Assembly: GCF_020745735.1 (NCBI RefSeq)
Contig: NC_083405.1
Location: 61,098,345-61,162,344, forward strand
DNA from: Hemiscyllium ocellatum
Lineage: Eukaryota
Length of the DNA stretch: 64,000 nucleotides
Reading direction: 5' to 3'
Shown here: in pieces, positions 12,420 to 25,649 of the stretch
Position numbering within the stretch: position 1 is the first letter of the stretch
Layout: each line of letters starts with the position of its first letter
Translations under genes and position numbers: made by a program
Notes under the pieces: model-generated
Told to the model about the DNA's origin: nothing
The model's database searches: none
What the model saw: only the letters and a program-made list of their open reading frames with translations

Positions 12420-15400
12420 ATGTAAACAGGCCAACAAAGGGCGAAACCCCATTGGATTTGGTACTGGGTAATGGACCCGGCCGGTGTTAGATATGGAGAT
12501 AGTTGAGCACTTTGGAGATTGTGACCACAATTTGGTTATGTTTACTTTAGCAATGGAAAGGGATAGATGTATACCTCAGGGCAAGAGTTATAGCTGTGGA
12601 AAAGACAATTATGATGCAATTGGATGAGATTTAGGATGCATAGGATGGGGAAGGAAACTGCAGGGGATGGGTACAATTGAAATGTGCAGCTTATTCAAGG
12701 AACGGCTACTGTGTACCTGTCAGGCAGGGAGGAAGTGGTCGAGTGACGGAAACGTGGTTTACTAAGGAAGTTGAATCTCTTGTCAAGAGGAGGAAGAAGG
12801 CTTATGTTAGGATGAGATATGAAGGCTCAGTTAGGATGCTTGAGAGTTACAGATTAGCCAGGAAAGACCTAAAGAGAGAGCTAAGAAGAGCCAGGAGGAG
12901 TCATGAGAAGTTGTTGGCAGATAGAATCAAGGAAAACCCTAAAGCTTTCTATAGGTATATCAGGAATAAAAGAATGACTAGAGTAAGAATAGGGCCAATC
13001 AAGGACAGTAGTGGGAAGTTGTGCGTGGAGTCTGAGGAGATAGGAGAAGGGCTAAATGAATATTTTTCATCAGTATTCACACTGGGAAAAAAAATGTTGT
13101 CAAGGTGAACACTAAGATACAGGCTACTAGATTAGACGGGACTGAGGTTCACAAGGAGGAGGTGTTAGCAATTCTGAGATGTATGAAAATAGATAAGTCC
13201 CCTGGGCCAGATGGGATTTATCCTAGGATTCTCTGGGAAACCAGGGAGGAGATTGCTGAGCCTTTTGCTTTGATCTTGATGTTATCATTGTCTATTGGAA
13301 TAGTGCCAGAAGACTGGAGGATAGCAAATGTTGTCCCTTTGTTCAAGAAAGGAATGGGGACAATCCTGGTAATTATAGACCAGTGAGCCTTACTTCGGTT
13401 GTGGGTAAAGTGTTGGAAAAGGTTATAAGAGATAGGATTTATAATCATCTAGAAAGGAATAAGTTGATTAGGGCTAGTCAACACGGTTTTGTGAAGGGTA
13501 GGTCATGCCTCACAAACCTTATTGACTTCTTTGAGAAGGTGACCAAACAGGTGAATTAGGGTAAAGCAGTTGATGTTGTATATATGGATTTCAGTAAGGT
13601 GTTTGATAAGGCTCCCCATAGTGTGCTATTGCACAAAAATTGGAGGCATAGGATTGAGAGTTTGGATCAGAAATTGTCTGGATGAAAGAAGACAAAGGGT
13701 GGTGGTTGATGGGAAATGTTCATCCTGGAGTTCAGTTACTAGTGGTGTACTGCAAGAATTTGTTTTGGGTCCACTGCTGTTTGTCATTTTTATAAATGAC
13801 CTGGATGAGGGTGAAGGAGGATGGGTCAGTAAATTTGCAGATGATACCAAGGTCAGTGGAGTTGTGGAGAGTGCCAAAGTATGTTGCAGGTTACAGAGGG
13901 ACATAGATAAGCTGCAGAGAGTCATAAAGATGTACAGCACAGAAACAGACCCTTTGTTCCAACTCGTCCATGCTGAACAGATATCCCAACCTAATCTAGT
14001 TCCATTTGTCGGCACTTAGCCCATATCCCTCTAAACCCTTCCTATTCATACACCCATCCAGATGCCTTTTAAATGTTGCAATTGTACCAGCTGCCACCAC
14101 TTCCTCTGGCAGCTCATTCCATATACACACCATCCTCTGTGTGAAAAAGTTGCCCCATAGTTCCCCTTTATATCTTTCCCCTCTCACCCTAAACCTATGC
14201 CCTTTTGTTCTGGACTCTCCCACCCGAGAGAAAAGACTTTGAATATTTACCTTAGCCATGCCTCTCATGATTATATAAAGCTCTATGAGGTCACACTTCG
14301 ACACTCCACGGAAAACAGCCCCAGCCTATTCAGCCTCTCCCTATAGCTCAAATCCTCCAAACTGGCAAATCCTTGTAAATCTTTTCTGAACGCTTTGAAG
14401 TTTCACAACATCCTTCCGATAGGAAGGAGACCAGAATTGCACGCATTATTCCAAAAGTGGCCTAACTAATATCTTGTACAGCCACAACATGACCTCCCAA
14501 CTCCTATACTCAATACTCTGATGAATAAAGGAAAGCATACCAAACGCCTTCTTCACTATCCTGTGATCCTACTTTTAAGGAGCTATGAACCTGCACTCCA
14601 AGGTCTCTTTGTTCAGCAACACTCCCTAGGACCTTACCGTTAAGTGTATAAGTCCTGCTAAGATTTGCTTTCCCAAAATGCAGAACCTTGCATTTATCTA
14701 AATTAAACTCCACCTGCCATTCCCCTCAGCCTATTGGTCCAACTGATCAACATCCTATTGCAACCTGAGATAACCTTCTTTGCTGTCCACTATACCTCCA
14801 ATTTTGGTGTCATCTGCAAACTTACTAACTATACCTCCTATGTTTATATCCAAATCATTTATATAAATTATGAAAAGTAGTGGACCCAGCACCAATCCTT
14901 GTGGCATTCCACTGGTCACAAGCCTCCAGTCTGAAAGACAACCCTCCAACACCATCCTGTCTTCTACTTTCGAGCCAGTTCTGTACCCAAATGGCTAGTC
15001 CTCCTTGTATTCCATGAGATCCAAACTTGCTAATCAGTCTCTCATGGGGAACCTTGCCGAATGCCTGGGCTGAGCTGGGCTGAGAGGTAGCAAATGGAGT
15101 TTAATGTAGAAAAGTGTGAGGTGATTCACTTTGGAAGAAGCATCAGGAATAAAGAGTAATGGTAAGGGCTAATGGTAAGATTCTTGGCAGTGTAGATGAG
15201 CAGAGAGATCTCGATGTTCTTGTATATTGATCCCTGAAAGTTGTCACCCAGGTTGATAGGGTTGTTAAGAAGGCATAGTGTGTTAGCTTTTATTGGTAGA
15301 GGGATTGAGTTTTGGAGCCACAAGGTCATATTGCAGTTGTACAAAACACTGCTGTGACCGCACTTGGAATATTGTGTACAGTTCTGGTCACCACATTATA

Positions 15401-15885
15401 GGACCGATGTGGAAGCTTTGAAAAGGGTTCAGAGGCAATTTACTAGGTTGTTGCCTGGTATGGACCCTTTTCAAAGGTCTTCTGAGGAAAGGCTGAGGGA
15501 CCTGAGGCTGTTTTCATTAGAGAGAAGGTTGAGAAGTGAGTTAATTGAGACATACAAGATGATCAGAGGGTGGACAGTGAGAGCCTTTTTCCTTGGATGG
15601 TGATGGCTAGCATGAAGGGACATAATTTTAAATTGAGGGGTGATAGATATAGGACAGATTTTAGAGATGGTTTCTTAACTCAGAGAGTGGTCGGGGCATG
15701 GAATGCTCTGCCAGCAACTGCAATAGACCTGCCAACTTTAAGGGCATTTGATTAGTCATTGGATAAATATATGGATGAAAGTGAGATAGTGTAGGATAGA
15801 TGGGCTTCAGATTGGTTTCACAGGTCAGCATAACATCAAGGGCCGAAGGGCCTGTACTGTGCTGTAATGTTCTATGTTCTATGTT
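12420..15885 (+). mobile_element. CR1-clade LINE ORF2 (pieces 12420-13918 and 15066-15885), decayed
   Basis: KSPGPDGIYPRIL, VPEDWRIANVVPLFKKG, FADDTKV and YCVQFWSPHYR motifs; (ATGTTCT)n tail. Confidence 0.9.
13918..15065 (-). mobile_element. Younger CR1 LINE 3' fragment inserted antisense into the preceding CR1
   Basis: Minus-strand VTSGMPQGLVLGPLLF..FADDTKIGG; 3' tail at 13918. Confidence 0.9.
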
Positions 15886-16006
15886 TTGTGTGGAAAATGG
15901 TATGCATTTTCTTACTTTTTTAAATGTGTCATTCAATGAAGTAATTCAACAGCAAGTTTTTGTGAGATTAAAATGAAAGGCTATTTATGTTCTTGTACAT
16001 GTGAAA

Positions 16007-16298
16007 GGCATGGTGGCTCAATGATTAGCACTGCTGCCAAGGACCCGGGTTTGATTCCAGCCCCGGGCAACTGTCCGTGTGGAGTCTGTACATTCTCCCT
16101 GTGTCTGCATGGGTTTCCTCCAAGTGCTCCGGTTTTCTCAACAGTGCAAAGATGTGCGGGTTAGGTGAATTGAATGTGCTAAATTGCCCATAGTGTTAGG
16201 TGCATTAGTCAGAGGGAAATGGGTCTGGGTGGGTTATTCTTCAGAGGGTCGGTGTTGGGCTGAAGAGCCTGCTTCCACACTGTAGGGAATCTAATCTA
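16007..16298 (+). mobile_element. tRNA-derived SINE (HE1-like)
   Basis: GGCATGGTGGCTCAATGATTAGCAC head, GGGTTTGATTCC B box, and the same body and AATCT tail as the 560-874 copy. Confidence 0.85.
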
Positions 16299-17053
16299 AA
16301 CATGTGAATTACTGTAAAGTCCCACTAATCTGGACCTTTCATTAATTCTTTCTTTTCTTTTCTATTCTTCCTATGCACCTTATATCTGTGAATATTTAAA
16401 CCCAGTCCTTTGAGCCAGGTTTCTGTTATAACGACATCATCATATTTCCATATGTCCATCTGCGACTCACCAATATCACACTCCATGCGTTCCCATAAAT
16501 GTGCCATAACACTAATTTAGTTTTTATAACTTTCTCTCTTACACTGATCCCACCTAATAATTTACTATTTCCTGCTGTCCACCTCTCCCAGTATTCTTTA
16601 CCTCTTGGTTTTGTACTGGTTCCCATACTTCTGCCAAGCTAGTTTAAACCTTCCCTGTTGCACTAGCAAATCATCCCATCAGAAAATTTATCCTGGGAGT
16701 TTGTATAGAAACAGCCCATCCAACCTGTATAGGTCACATTCCTATTCTCTCAAGAATTAAAATGCATTCCCTGTGCATGGCTTGGAAGGAAATTTGTTCT
16801 CATGCATTTGCTGCCATTTTCCTTCTGAATGGATTGCTTATTTGGAAGGTGCTGTTGAAGGAACCTTGGTGAGTTTTATACATTGCATCTTATAGATAGT
16901 ACGCACTGCTGTAACTGTGCATTGCTGTTTGCATGTGGTATCAATCAAGTGAATGCTTTCTCCTAGATGGTATTGCTTAGCTTTTTTTACTGTTGTTGGA
17001 GGTATATTCATTCAGGCAAGTGAAGAGTGTCCCTTCTAACTTGCACTTTATAG

Positions 17054-18022
17054 ATGGCTCCTCCGCCCTTGAGCCCCGCCCTCCCAATCGCCACCAGGAC
17101 AGAACCCCACTGGTTCTCACCTACCACCCCACCAACCTCCATATATATCGTATCATCCGTCGACATTTCCGCCACCTCCAAACGGACTCCACCACCAGGG
17201 ATATATTTCCCACCCCTCCCCTATCAGCATTCCAAAAAGACCACTCCCTCTGTGACTCCCTCGTCAGGTCCACACCCCCTACCAACCCAACCGCCACTCC
17301 CAGCACCTTCCCCTGCAACTGACACAAATGCAAAACTTGCGCCCACATCTTCCCTCTTACTTCCCTCCAACGCCCCAAGGGATCCTTCCATATCCGCCAC
17401 AAATTCACCTGCAACTCCGCACACATTATTTACTGCATCTGCTGCACCCAATGTGGCCTCTTCTATATTGGGGAGACAGGCCACCTACTTGCGGAACCTT
17501 TCAGAGAACACCTCTGGGACACCCGGATCAACCAACCCAACCACCCCGTGGCTCAACACTTCAACTCCCCCTCCCACTCCACCAAGAACATGCAGGTCCT
17601 TGGACTCCTCCATCACCAGACCATAGCGACACGATGGCTGGAGGAAGAGCGCCTCATCTTCCGCTTAGGAACCCTCCAACCACAAGGGATGAACTCAGAC
17701 TTCTCCAGTTTCCTCATTTCCCCTCCCCCCCACCTTGTCTCAGTCCCAACCCTCGAACTCAGCACCACCTTCCTAACCTGCAATCTTCTTCTTGACCTCT
17801 CTGCCCCCACCCCGCTTCGGCCTATCACCCTCACCTTGACCTCCTTCCACCTATTGCATTTCCAACGCCCCTCCCCCAAGTCCCTCCTCCCTACCTTTTA
17901 TCTTAGCCTGCTTGGCACACTTTCCTCATTCCTGAAGAAGGGCTCATGCCCGAAACGTTGATTCTCCTGCTCCTTGGATGCTGCCTGACCTGCTGCACTT
18001 TTCCAGCAACACATTTTCAGCT
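17054..18022 (+). mobile_element. Penelope-like element 3' part (GIY-YIG endonuclease plus hammerhead-bearing terminal repeat)
   Basis: RTPLVLTYHP...CKTC...IIYCICCTQCGLFYIGETG...REH...VAQHFN...EEERLIFRLGTLQPQGMN with an in-frame stop; CTGAAGAAGGGCTCATGCCCGAAACGTT at 17932. Confidence 0.9.
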
Positions 18023-18824
18023 CTTTATGGATGGTGGTCAGGCTTTGGAGAGCCAGAAGGTAAAACCTGGAGCTCAAGGTACAACAGCTAATAACATTTC
18101 ATACACAGGAGATATCCTGGAAATCCCACAGCAAACAGGATGATCAGTCCAGGGGTCAGAGCTGCCCTGCCATTCCTCTACCCCTATAGTAAGGACCGTT
18201 AAAGAAAAGGTTAAATAAGATGCTTCTCATATCATAAGATTTCCAGCTCCTTAGACTAACTTCCAACCACGGAGAAAGGGGAACAAGGATGCAAACTCAC
18301 CTGCCAATCAACTCACAATTTTCATGTAATGTCACATTCTGATTTTGTTCTGTTTCTTATCTCAGTTATTTTGCACACTGCTCCCACTCTGCTTCACAAT
18401 GCTCTTGCAGGCTTCAAAGTGATCTTGGTTTGCTGCACACACCTTCCAGTCATTGTAAAATTACATTTTCAGAGAATTGGAACTGAACTGATAAAATAGT
18501 TCTATCAATATGTTGGCGTGATGAACGTTTTTTTTGTCTCATAACATCACAACTTTTATTCTTTTATGAAGTGACTTTAACCATACTTCTTCGTGGTATT
18601 AAACTAGAACATTGATATTTTCTCTGATAGCTTTACATAAGGATATGGGATTGATATGCATAATTTGTAGAAAATTGTAGAGAGGCAGAACACAGAGATT
18701 TATGGGTCCGGATAAATATTTTAATTTTAATAACATCAGGGCATATGGAATCAAAGTTAGTCATTGAAAAGAGGGGTAGTTCTTATCGCAGAACAATAAA
18801 GCCTCAATTTTAGATGGGAGAATG

Positions 18825-18945
18825 AGGGGACTGCAGATGCTGGAGATCAGAGTGGAGTGTGTGGTGCTGGAAAATCACAGCAGGTCAGGCAGCATCCGAG
18901 GACCAGCAGAGTCGACGTTTCGGGCAAAAGCCCTTCATCAGGAAA
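18825..18945 (-). mobile_element. Short Penelope-derived element with intact minimal hammerhead core
   Basis: Reverse strand CTGATGA-A-GGGC-TTTT-GCCC-GAAAC-GTC (18941-18914). Confidence 0.82.
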
Positions 18946-19231
18946 GTTCTTCATTTACTCTTTCGGTGCTTCCGAATAAACCTGTTGGACTATAACGCGG
19001 TGTTATGTGATATTTAACTTTGTCCACCCCAGTCCGACCCCGGCATCTCCAAATCAAATCGCTAAAGAAGAAAGTTTCTCGAGGGAAGAGAGTTAGTCTA
19101 CCTCAAACAGAATCTCTACTCAGGTTTAGGAAAGTGCAGAGGCTGGATGCAATCACTAGTACAACTAAAACATTAAATTATTTGTATTTGATGGGCCCCA
19201 CTGATTAATTTCCACACCAGTTCAGGTTATA

Positions 19232-19400
19232 CCCCTCACAAAGATGGCGTTGCTTCCGGATTTATACAGGCCGTGCCCCTCATAATGATGGCGCTGTTTC
19301 CGGATTTCGTTCCGATTGTGCCCCGTACAATGATGGCGCCCGGACCGAGTCTCCTCCACGTCTGCGTTACTATTTCCGCTGCGGAGCGGAAGTTGAGCGG
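19232..19400 (+). promoter_or_regulatory. BAG1 CpG-rich promoter with triplicated YY1-like (ATGGCG) plus ETS-like (TTCCGG) unit
   Basis: Three ~44-45 bp tandem units at 19232, 19276 and 19321 (third partial). Extra CGGAAGT at 19387. Directly upstream of the BAG1 ATG. Confidence 0.75.
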
Positions 19401-19418
19401 GATCCTCTTGCAGGAGAC

Positions 19419-19455
19419 ATGTCTGGGGATACGGTGGGACTGACCCTGATGCACG
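19419..19455 (+). CDS. BAG1: BAG1 coding exon 1 (MSGDTVGLTLMH-G)
   Basis: ATG at 19419; donor CAC G|gtaatg, phase 1. Aligns with the LTVTVTH start of the BAG1 ubiquitin-like domain. Confidence 0.85.
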
Positions 19456-20169
19456 GTAATGGCCGGTGACTGGGCTCTGCTTCCTCTGTTAGTGGAGGAA
19501 GCAACAGAGCAGCGTGCAGGGTCCGGCTGGTGGAGGGAGCGGGCGGGCAGTGAGCAGCAGGAGCTGCAGAGCCCGGGCAGGCTCTGTCTGTGTCTGCACA
19601 CTCAGCCTGTCTGCATTCACTGTTAATTCACCAAGTGAGTTGGCTTCCATCATCTGCAGCCCAGCCCGGCCGTTCATCGACAATAAACCTGCCACTCACT
19701 GATCGAGGGGCAGAGTAATTTCTGATATATCTCTTCATGAACTGTAAGACATTGGCTTATTACTGTGGTAGAGGACCGATTCATAATTGTCTGAAGAGGA
19801 AAACAAACAGTGGGGTTTCATAGAAAGGGATGGGAGTGGAACTAAATTGCTGCTGCAGTTATGAACGTAAAGGCCTGCTTGGTCTCTTGAAATTTATTTG
19901 ATTCTGTGAATATAATTGCATTTTTATAGGACATGAGACATTGTGGCATTACAATATGAGATGTTTTAATGTGAATAAGATGCAGTTTGAATCAAAAGGC
20001 CTGGAGCTTTTTGTGCTTGCTGTGTGCAACAATTAAACTGAGTGTAATTTATCTGCACATAGATTATTTTCATCTGTTTATTATGGTACTGCAGAGTGCC
20101 TTTTCAAAGGCAGTGTAAAATGATAGGAGCAGGAATATGTTTACTGTTAGATTTATATTTCATTCTTAG

Positions 20170-20298
20170 GTAGTTCAAAACACAAGATTGAAATTTCAGC
20201 GGTACAGGAAGGATGTGAACCTACATTACAGGACATGGCAACTGTTATTGCTCAAGTTACTGGAGTACCCCAGCAACTGCAGAAACTAATTTTCAAAG
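20170..20298 (+). CDS. BAG1: BAG1 exon 2 (UBL domain)
   Basis: cttag|GT...AAAG|gtatac; SSKHKIEISAVQEGCEPTLQDMATVIAQVTGVPQQLQKLIFKG. Confidence 0.93.
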
Positions 20299-22537
20299 GT
20301 ATACATGATTTACTGGAAAGATGGACAATGTATGAAATAATTTATCATCATTATTGTGACTAGTGATTTTGCAACAGCAAAATTCCACACATTTGACATG
20401 ATTAGTTAATTCCTTGTATTATGATAATTTATAATCTCAACTCATAAAAGCTTTTAGCAGTCCAGCCTGTTTGTAATCTTGGTGCGATATTTGACTTGGA
20501 CATGAGCTTCTATTTATGTAGTTGTGCATCAATGACAGCACCAACATTTATTACACATTTCTAATTGCACTGGAGCTGAAAATGGTGTGCCACCTTCTTG
20601 AACCATTACAGTCCATTTGGCACGGATCCCCCTCCAGTGCTGTTTCACTAGTGATCTTGAAGGAACAGCAATATTGTTCCATGTTAGGATGGTTTGTGAC
20701 TTGGAAGTGAACATATTGTGTGTCTGCTGCCACTTTCCTCTGAGGTAGTAAAGGTCGCCTGTTTGTGTGCTGCTTTTGAAGGAAGCTTGGCAAGCTGCAG
20801 CTGTTTTGGTAGATGGTATACACTACACTGCAGGCACTGTGCTCTGGTGGAGAGATAGTTATTGGAGCCACAGTCATCCAGGCAACTGCAAATTATTCAG
20901 ATAGACTCCAGACTTCTTATTAGGTAGACCTTGGGGGTTTGGAGGTAAATTAACTCAGACTTCCCAGCCTTTCACTCGCTCCTGTATTTGTTCTTGCCGG
21001 TCCATTTCAGTTTCTGAATGTGTCTGTAAAGAAAGTACAGTAAAGAGACTGTGTCTAAGTGAGTTGTAGACCAAATGTACTTGTGATTCCTTTCATAGTA
21101 GCAAGGTTCACGAGTAAGCAAAGAAATGGCAGGGCTTCTTCAGTCCTGATGTGGGAACTTGAGGATGATGCCTATATTGTGGATAACCATTTATGTTGCA
21201 AGTATCATCAGTTGTAGCAGTTTAAGCTCTGGGTTTCAGAACTATAATGTAATCGCTCTGTAGCTAAAGGTTACCACTGCTAGTCAAAAAGAAATAGGCA
21301 GATAATACAGTTTTCAACCAGTGTTTAGTTCTGAATACTAATCTGGCTGATGGCTCTTTCAGCACTCTCCAGATGAACTAGCTCCTTGGCACCACTGGAG
21401 CTCCCATGATCTTCTGTCAGCTGCCTTCTCTCTGAGAGAACAGTCCCAACTTCTTCAATCTATCCTCTCAAATGAAGTTTCTCATTCCTGGAACCATTCT
21501 TGTACATCACTTCTAAACTCTTCCCAGTGCATTCACAATTTTCCTATAATGCGGCAACCAAAATTTCATGCTGTAATGCAGTGGAGCTCTAACAAGTATC
21601 TTGTACAAGTTCAACATCAGCTCTTGTACTCTGCGCCCCTATTGATAAAGCTGAGAACACACAATTTTTAAAAAATTGATCACTCCACCTGTCCTGCCAT
21701 CTTCAGTGATTTGCGCTCAAGTATGCCCAGGACCATTTTACCCCTGCATCCCCTTTGGAACTGTACCCCCTATTTTATATTGTTTATCAATGTTCTTCAG
21801 CCAAAGTACGTCACCTTGCCCTTATCGTAACATCATAAGAAATAGGAACAAGGAGTAGGCCAGTCAGTCCCTCGAACCTGTTCTTCCATTCAGTAGGATC
21901 ATGGTTGATCAGATATTCCTTATGTTAACTCTCCTGCCCTTCCCCCTTAACCCCTGATTCCCATACTGATCAAGAATGTAAATGTGCACAAGGCCTCTGT
22001 CCCCACAGCTCTCTATGACAAGGAGTTTCAAAGACTCTCAGCCCTGATAGAAGAAATCCCTTATCTCAGTCTTAAATTGATACCCCTTTAATCTAACACT
22101 ATGGCCTCCGGTCCTGGACTTTTCCATGAAGGGAAACATGGAAACTGTCAAACCACTTAAGAATGTTTCAGTGAGATCATTTTTCATTGTTCTAGATTCC
22201 AGTGAATAGAGTCCCAACCTGTTCAACTTTGAAATCTTCTTTGCATTGATCTCATCTGCCACCCATCCACCCTCTCCACCAACTTGTCAGTATCTTTTTA
22301 GAATTCCGTACTGTCCTCTGTTCACAATTTTTCAAAGTGTTGTGCCATTTGCAAACTTTGAAATTACCTCCTGCCCACCAAGATCCCGACAATTAATATG
22401 TCAGGAAAAGCAAGAGTTCCAATGCTGATCCCTGGTACAATTGCTGCTACAAGTCTTCCACCAGCCCTAAAAATGTCCATTGACCATTATTTTCCTTTCA
22501 CGCAGCCAATTTAAAGTTCAGGTTGCTGCTGTCCCTT

Positions 22538-23136
22538 TTATGAGAAGGTAGCCTAGACCCTAACTGTTTCTTATTTTAAAGATGGATCTGAAGTGCATGT
22601 TCCAAAGCTGATGCGACTTTAAACAGAACACAATTAATTTAAATGCTATAGTTAAAATACAAACAAAAGTAAGAGGAATTTAAAATAACTATTGACAAAC
22701 TTAACGGAATGATAGATGCAGTATCCATTACTAATTAACTATTCCAACATAGTAACATCCCATAAACACACCCTCTTGGCAGAAAAGGTTAATTCAGACA
22801 CAGATTCTTACATGCAGTTCTCCAATCCAGGAGGAAACAACATCAAGAAAGATCTCGGAGAAAGTAACAGCCAGGAATCATTTACTGAAGCCTTCCTACC
22901 CTTGTGAGACCCCAGACAGCTACTGATTGCTACAACTAAAAAAACCAAGAAAACCTTAAATGAGAGAGCTAGCCACTCCCCTTTCACTGTTCCAACTGTT
23001 TTAAAACAACCTAATAGCCTCCTAAGTTCACTTAAGCTTTTTTTTTACAGTAGCCAGTCCTACACCTCTGCCTTTACAATCTCTTTTCAAAAAACCCAGG
23101 ACAAAATAACTTTCTTAAAGTGACAGCATTGTCACA
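22538..23136 (-). mobile_element. Probable solo LTR inserted in an old CR1 fragment
   Basis: Reverse strand begins TGTGACAATGCTGTCAC and ends ...CTTCTCATAAA (degenerate TG..CA), ~600 bp. It appears to interrupt the flanking CR1 sequence. Confidence 0.45.
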
Positions 23137-23445
23137 GCCATGGTGTACAGCATGTTTCATAAGTCTTTGTGTGGCACATAGGAAGTTTCCTTCCCTGAAA
23201 TAGGTTGGGTTTATATGTCTACTGTTGTTTTCTGGTGCTTGCCCGTAAATTGACATTGATTTTCAGAATATAATGTGCCGTGCTAGGAATTGAACCTTTG
23301 AGCTTGAAGTAGTTGGTACAGGCTACCAAAAACCATGGGACACTTCAGACACTATGTGTAAGTTCAGTTATTGGTGTAAGACTTTCAAAAAGTGTCACAA
23401 TTACTAACAACATTTTTAATGGTTTTATTCTTCTGTGTCACATAG

Positions 23446-23528
23446 GTAAATCTCTCAAAGAAATGGAACAGCCTTTGTCTGTTCTTGGTGTTAAAAATGG
23501 CTGTAAAATAATGATGATCGGCAAAAAG
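23446..23528 (+). CDS. BAG1: BAG1 exon 3
   Basis: catag|GT...AAG|gtaaat; [27 protein letters not shown]. Confidence 0.95.
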
Positions 23529-25535
23529 GTAAATTTGTATAAATTTTCTGTCAAAGACTTTTTCCAACGTGTCTAAAATATTGTTTTGTGCTTTCTAGGT
23601 ATAAGTTGTATTTTTTTTTTTTAAAAAAAAAGTACTATTTTCTTGATTTCTCCTTCATTTGTATGGTTTTCCTCGGCCATGCCCTGTTTCCTTTATCATC
23701 AGAGTAGACCGATTGCCTGTTCTAAATAAGGTACATGAGAGTAATCTGGGTGACACGGCCTATTGCATCATCCTTCTTGTGTAGGGAAATGCCTAGTCTA
23801 TGCCTTGAATTTTGGCCATTCAAATCACAAATCTGTTTCTATGAATAAACACAGCAAGAATTACTTGATGTCAGCTGGAACAACAGGCACATATTCAGAA
23901 AGACATTTTACTTGTTTTTACACTGTTACTCATTTAGTAATCCATCGGCAGAATGTTAAATTTGTGCACCTCCAATTATACATCTGCTCTCTGTCGTGTA
24001 TGGCTGAAGGTGTGTGGCAGGATGCTTTGGAACATGCATGTGTGATCCTATGTGGGAAATATCTGGGAAGTTTATGGTCAATTCCATGGCAGGTCTGGAT
24101 CCTCCACAAATGTCTCTGAGTAACATCTGGGTAACCCTCCAATCAATCTCACTCCCATCTCTGCATTTACCCCTCCTGACTGCCCTGATTACTTGCTTCC
24201 GATATAACCCAAGCATTCTCAATCAATTCCTCAACTATCCATTCAACTCTCAACTAGTTACCTGACCACCCTCCCAATCAGATCTAACCAGCCCATTTCC
24301 AAATTGACTACCCCTCCTGACCCAACCCAACTACCACCTCCCTGGGACCCAGCCACTCTCTGGATCAGATCAGACTTACTGACCCAACTGCTACCTTGTG
24401 TTGACTACCCTCTTTACCAGATCTGACCACTGACTACTGACTCATCCACCTCTCTACCTTACCCACCCTCCCATGAATCAGTTCACTCACATTTAGACCA
24501 GACCTTTAAAATTGCCATACTGCCACAGCTGTGAAAGTGTCTTGTTATTTCTCAACTCTGCTCTGCTCCAATGGCATTCCTCCAGGGACAGCTGGGATCT
24601 GAAGATGCCAGAGGAAATGTTGTTATTACAGACAGCCAAATCAAATCAGCCTTCCTTCCTCTGTATTCACAACACAGTAGAAGTAAATCCATCAAAAGAT
24701 TCTCAAAATTGACCAAATGGTTCTTAATAAGATTTTAAATGACCATTGTGAATAATCATTTTAGACACCAGTTTAAGCTTAAAAAAAATTAGCTATTTAT
24801 TTTTAATACAATTACTTTAGTAGAGCAAAATTAAGCAACAAAGTAATGCTGTAAACCCAAAAATTATTGTTTTCAGCTCCACTCACACAAAGTCAGGCAG
24901 ATAAATACAATTAATGGGTAAGTAACAGTAAATAACAAAACTGACCAGATAATTAAGTGTCTTTTACAATGCATAGGTGATGGTTTCATGGTTTACTTTC
25001 TGAAGATATTGATTGTGGTCACCTTTTACAGTTCACTCAGTTAGAGGCAGTAACACCTAACCTTAGTCTTTTATTCTCTCAGCTTCCAAGAGCTGCTTGT
25101 AGGAGGTTAGGCAGGGAGATTTCTAAACTTTATGCTGTATAGTGTCAACAGCCAGATTCTTTCCCATATAAAATGCAGTCCAAAACCCAATTCAAACTGT
25201 AACCACTCGCAGAAGACTGACCATTTGCTCCATGAGGTCGCAGGTGCCATTCAACATCTGCCACCTACTTGAGCATAATATTTTTCCAGACTTGCTGGAA
25301 CCAATTCCCAGGTATTGGCCTCATTAATAACCAACTTCTGCTGTCTGCTGTTCCCAAGTGATAAAGCATCTGCAGAGCCTTTTCTTCTGGAACCATCCTG
25401 CAGTCCTGGCCTCGTGAATAAATAAAAGCTTGTTTGATTTGTTTTCCTTTTAACACAAGTCCACAACTCATCTTTGGCTGTCGGTTCCCGGTTCATGGCT
25501 CCATCCTGATCCCATCATATTCTTTCAACTTGCAG

Positions 25536-25649
25536 AACAGTCCTGAAGAGGAAGCTGAATTAAAGAAGTTAAAGGAACTGGAAAAATCCACAGACCAGCT
25601 CTCCCACAAACTGGAAGAAATTAATGCAGAGCTGACAGGCATTCAGAAT
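25536..25649 (+). CDS. BAG1: BAG1 exon 4 (BAG domain start)
   Basis: tgcag|AAC...AAT|gtgaga; [38 protein letters not shown]. Confidence 0.95.

Noticed and set aside
17054-17795. Pro/Thr-rich 190-aa and 155-aa ORFs as host genes
   Set aside because: Alternative frames of a C-rich Penelope endonuclease region.
19232-19344. CRISPR-like repeat-spacer array
   Set aside because: Eukaryotic promoter with three degenerate tandem units made of transcription-factor motifs and no cas genes.
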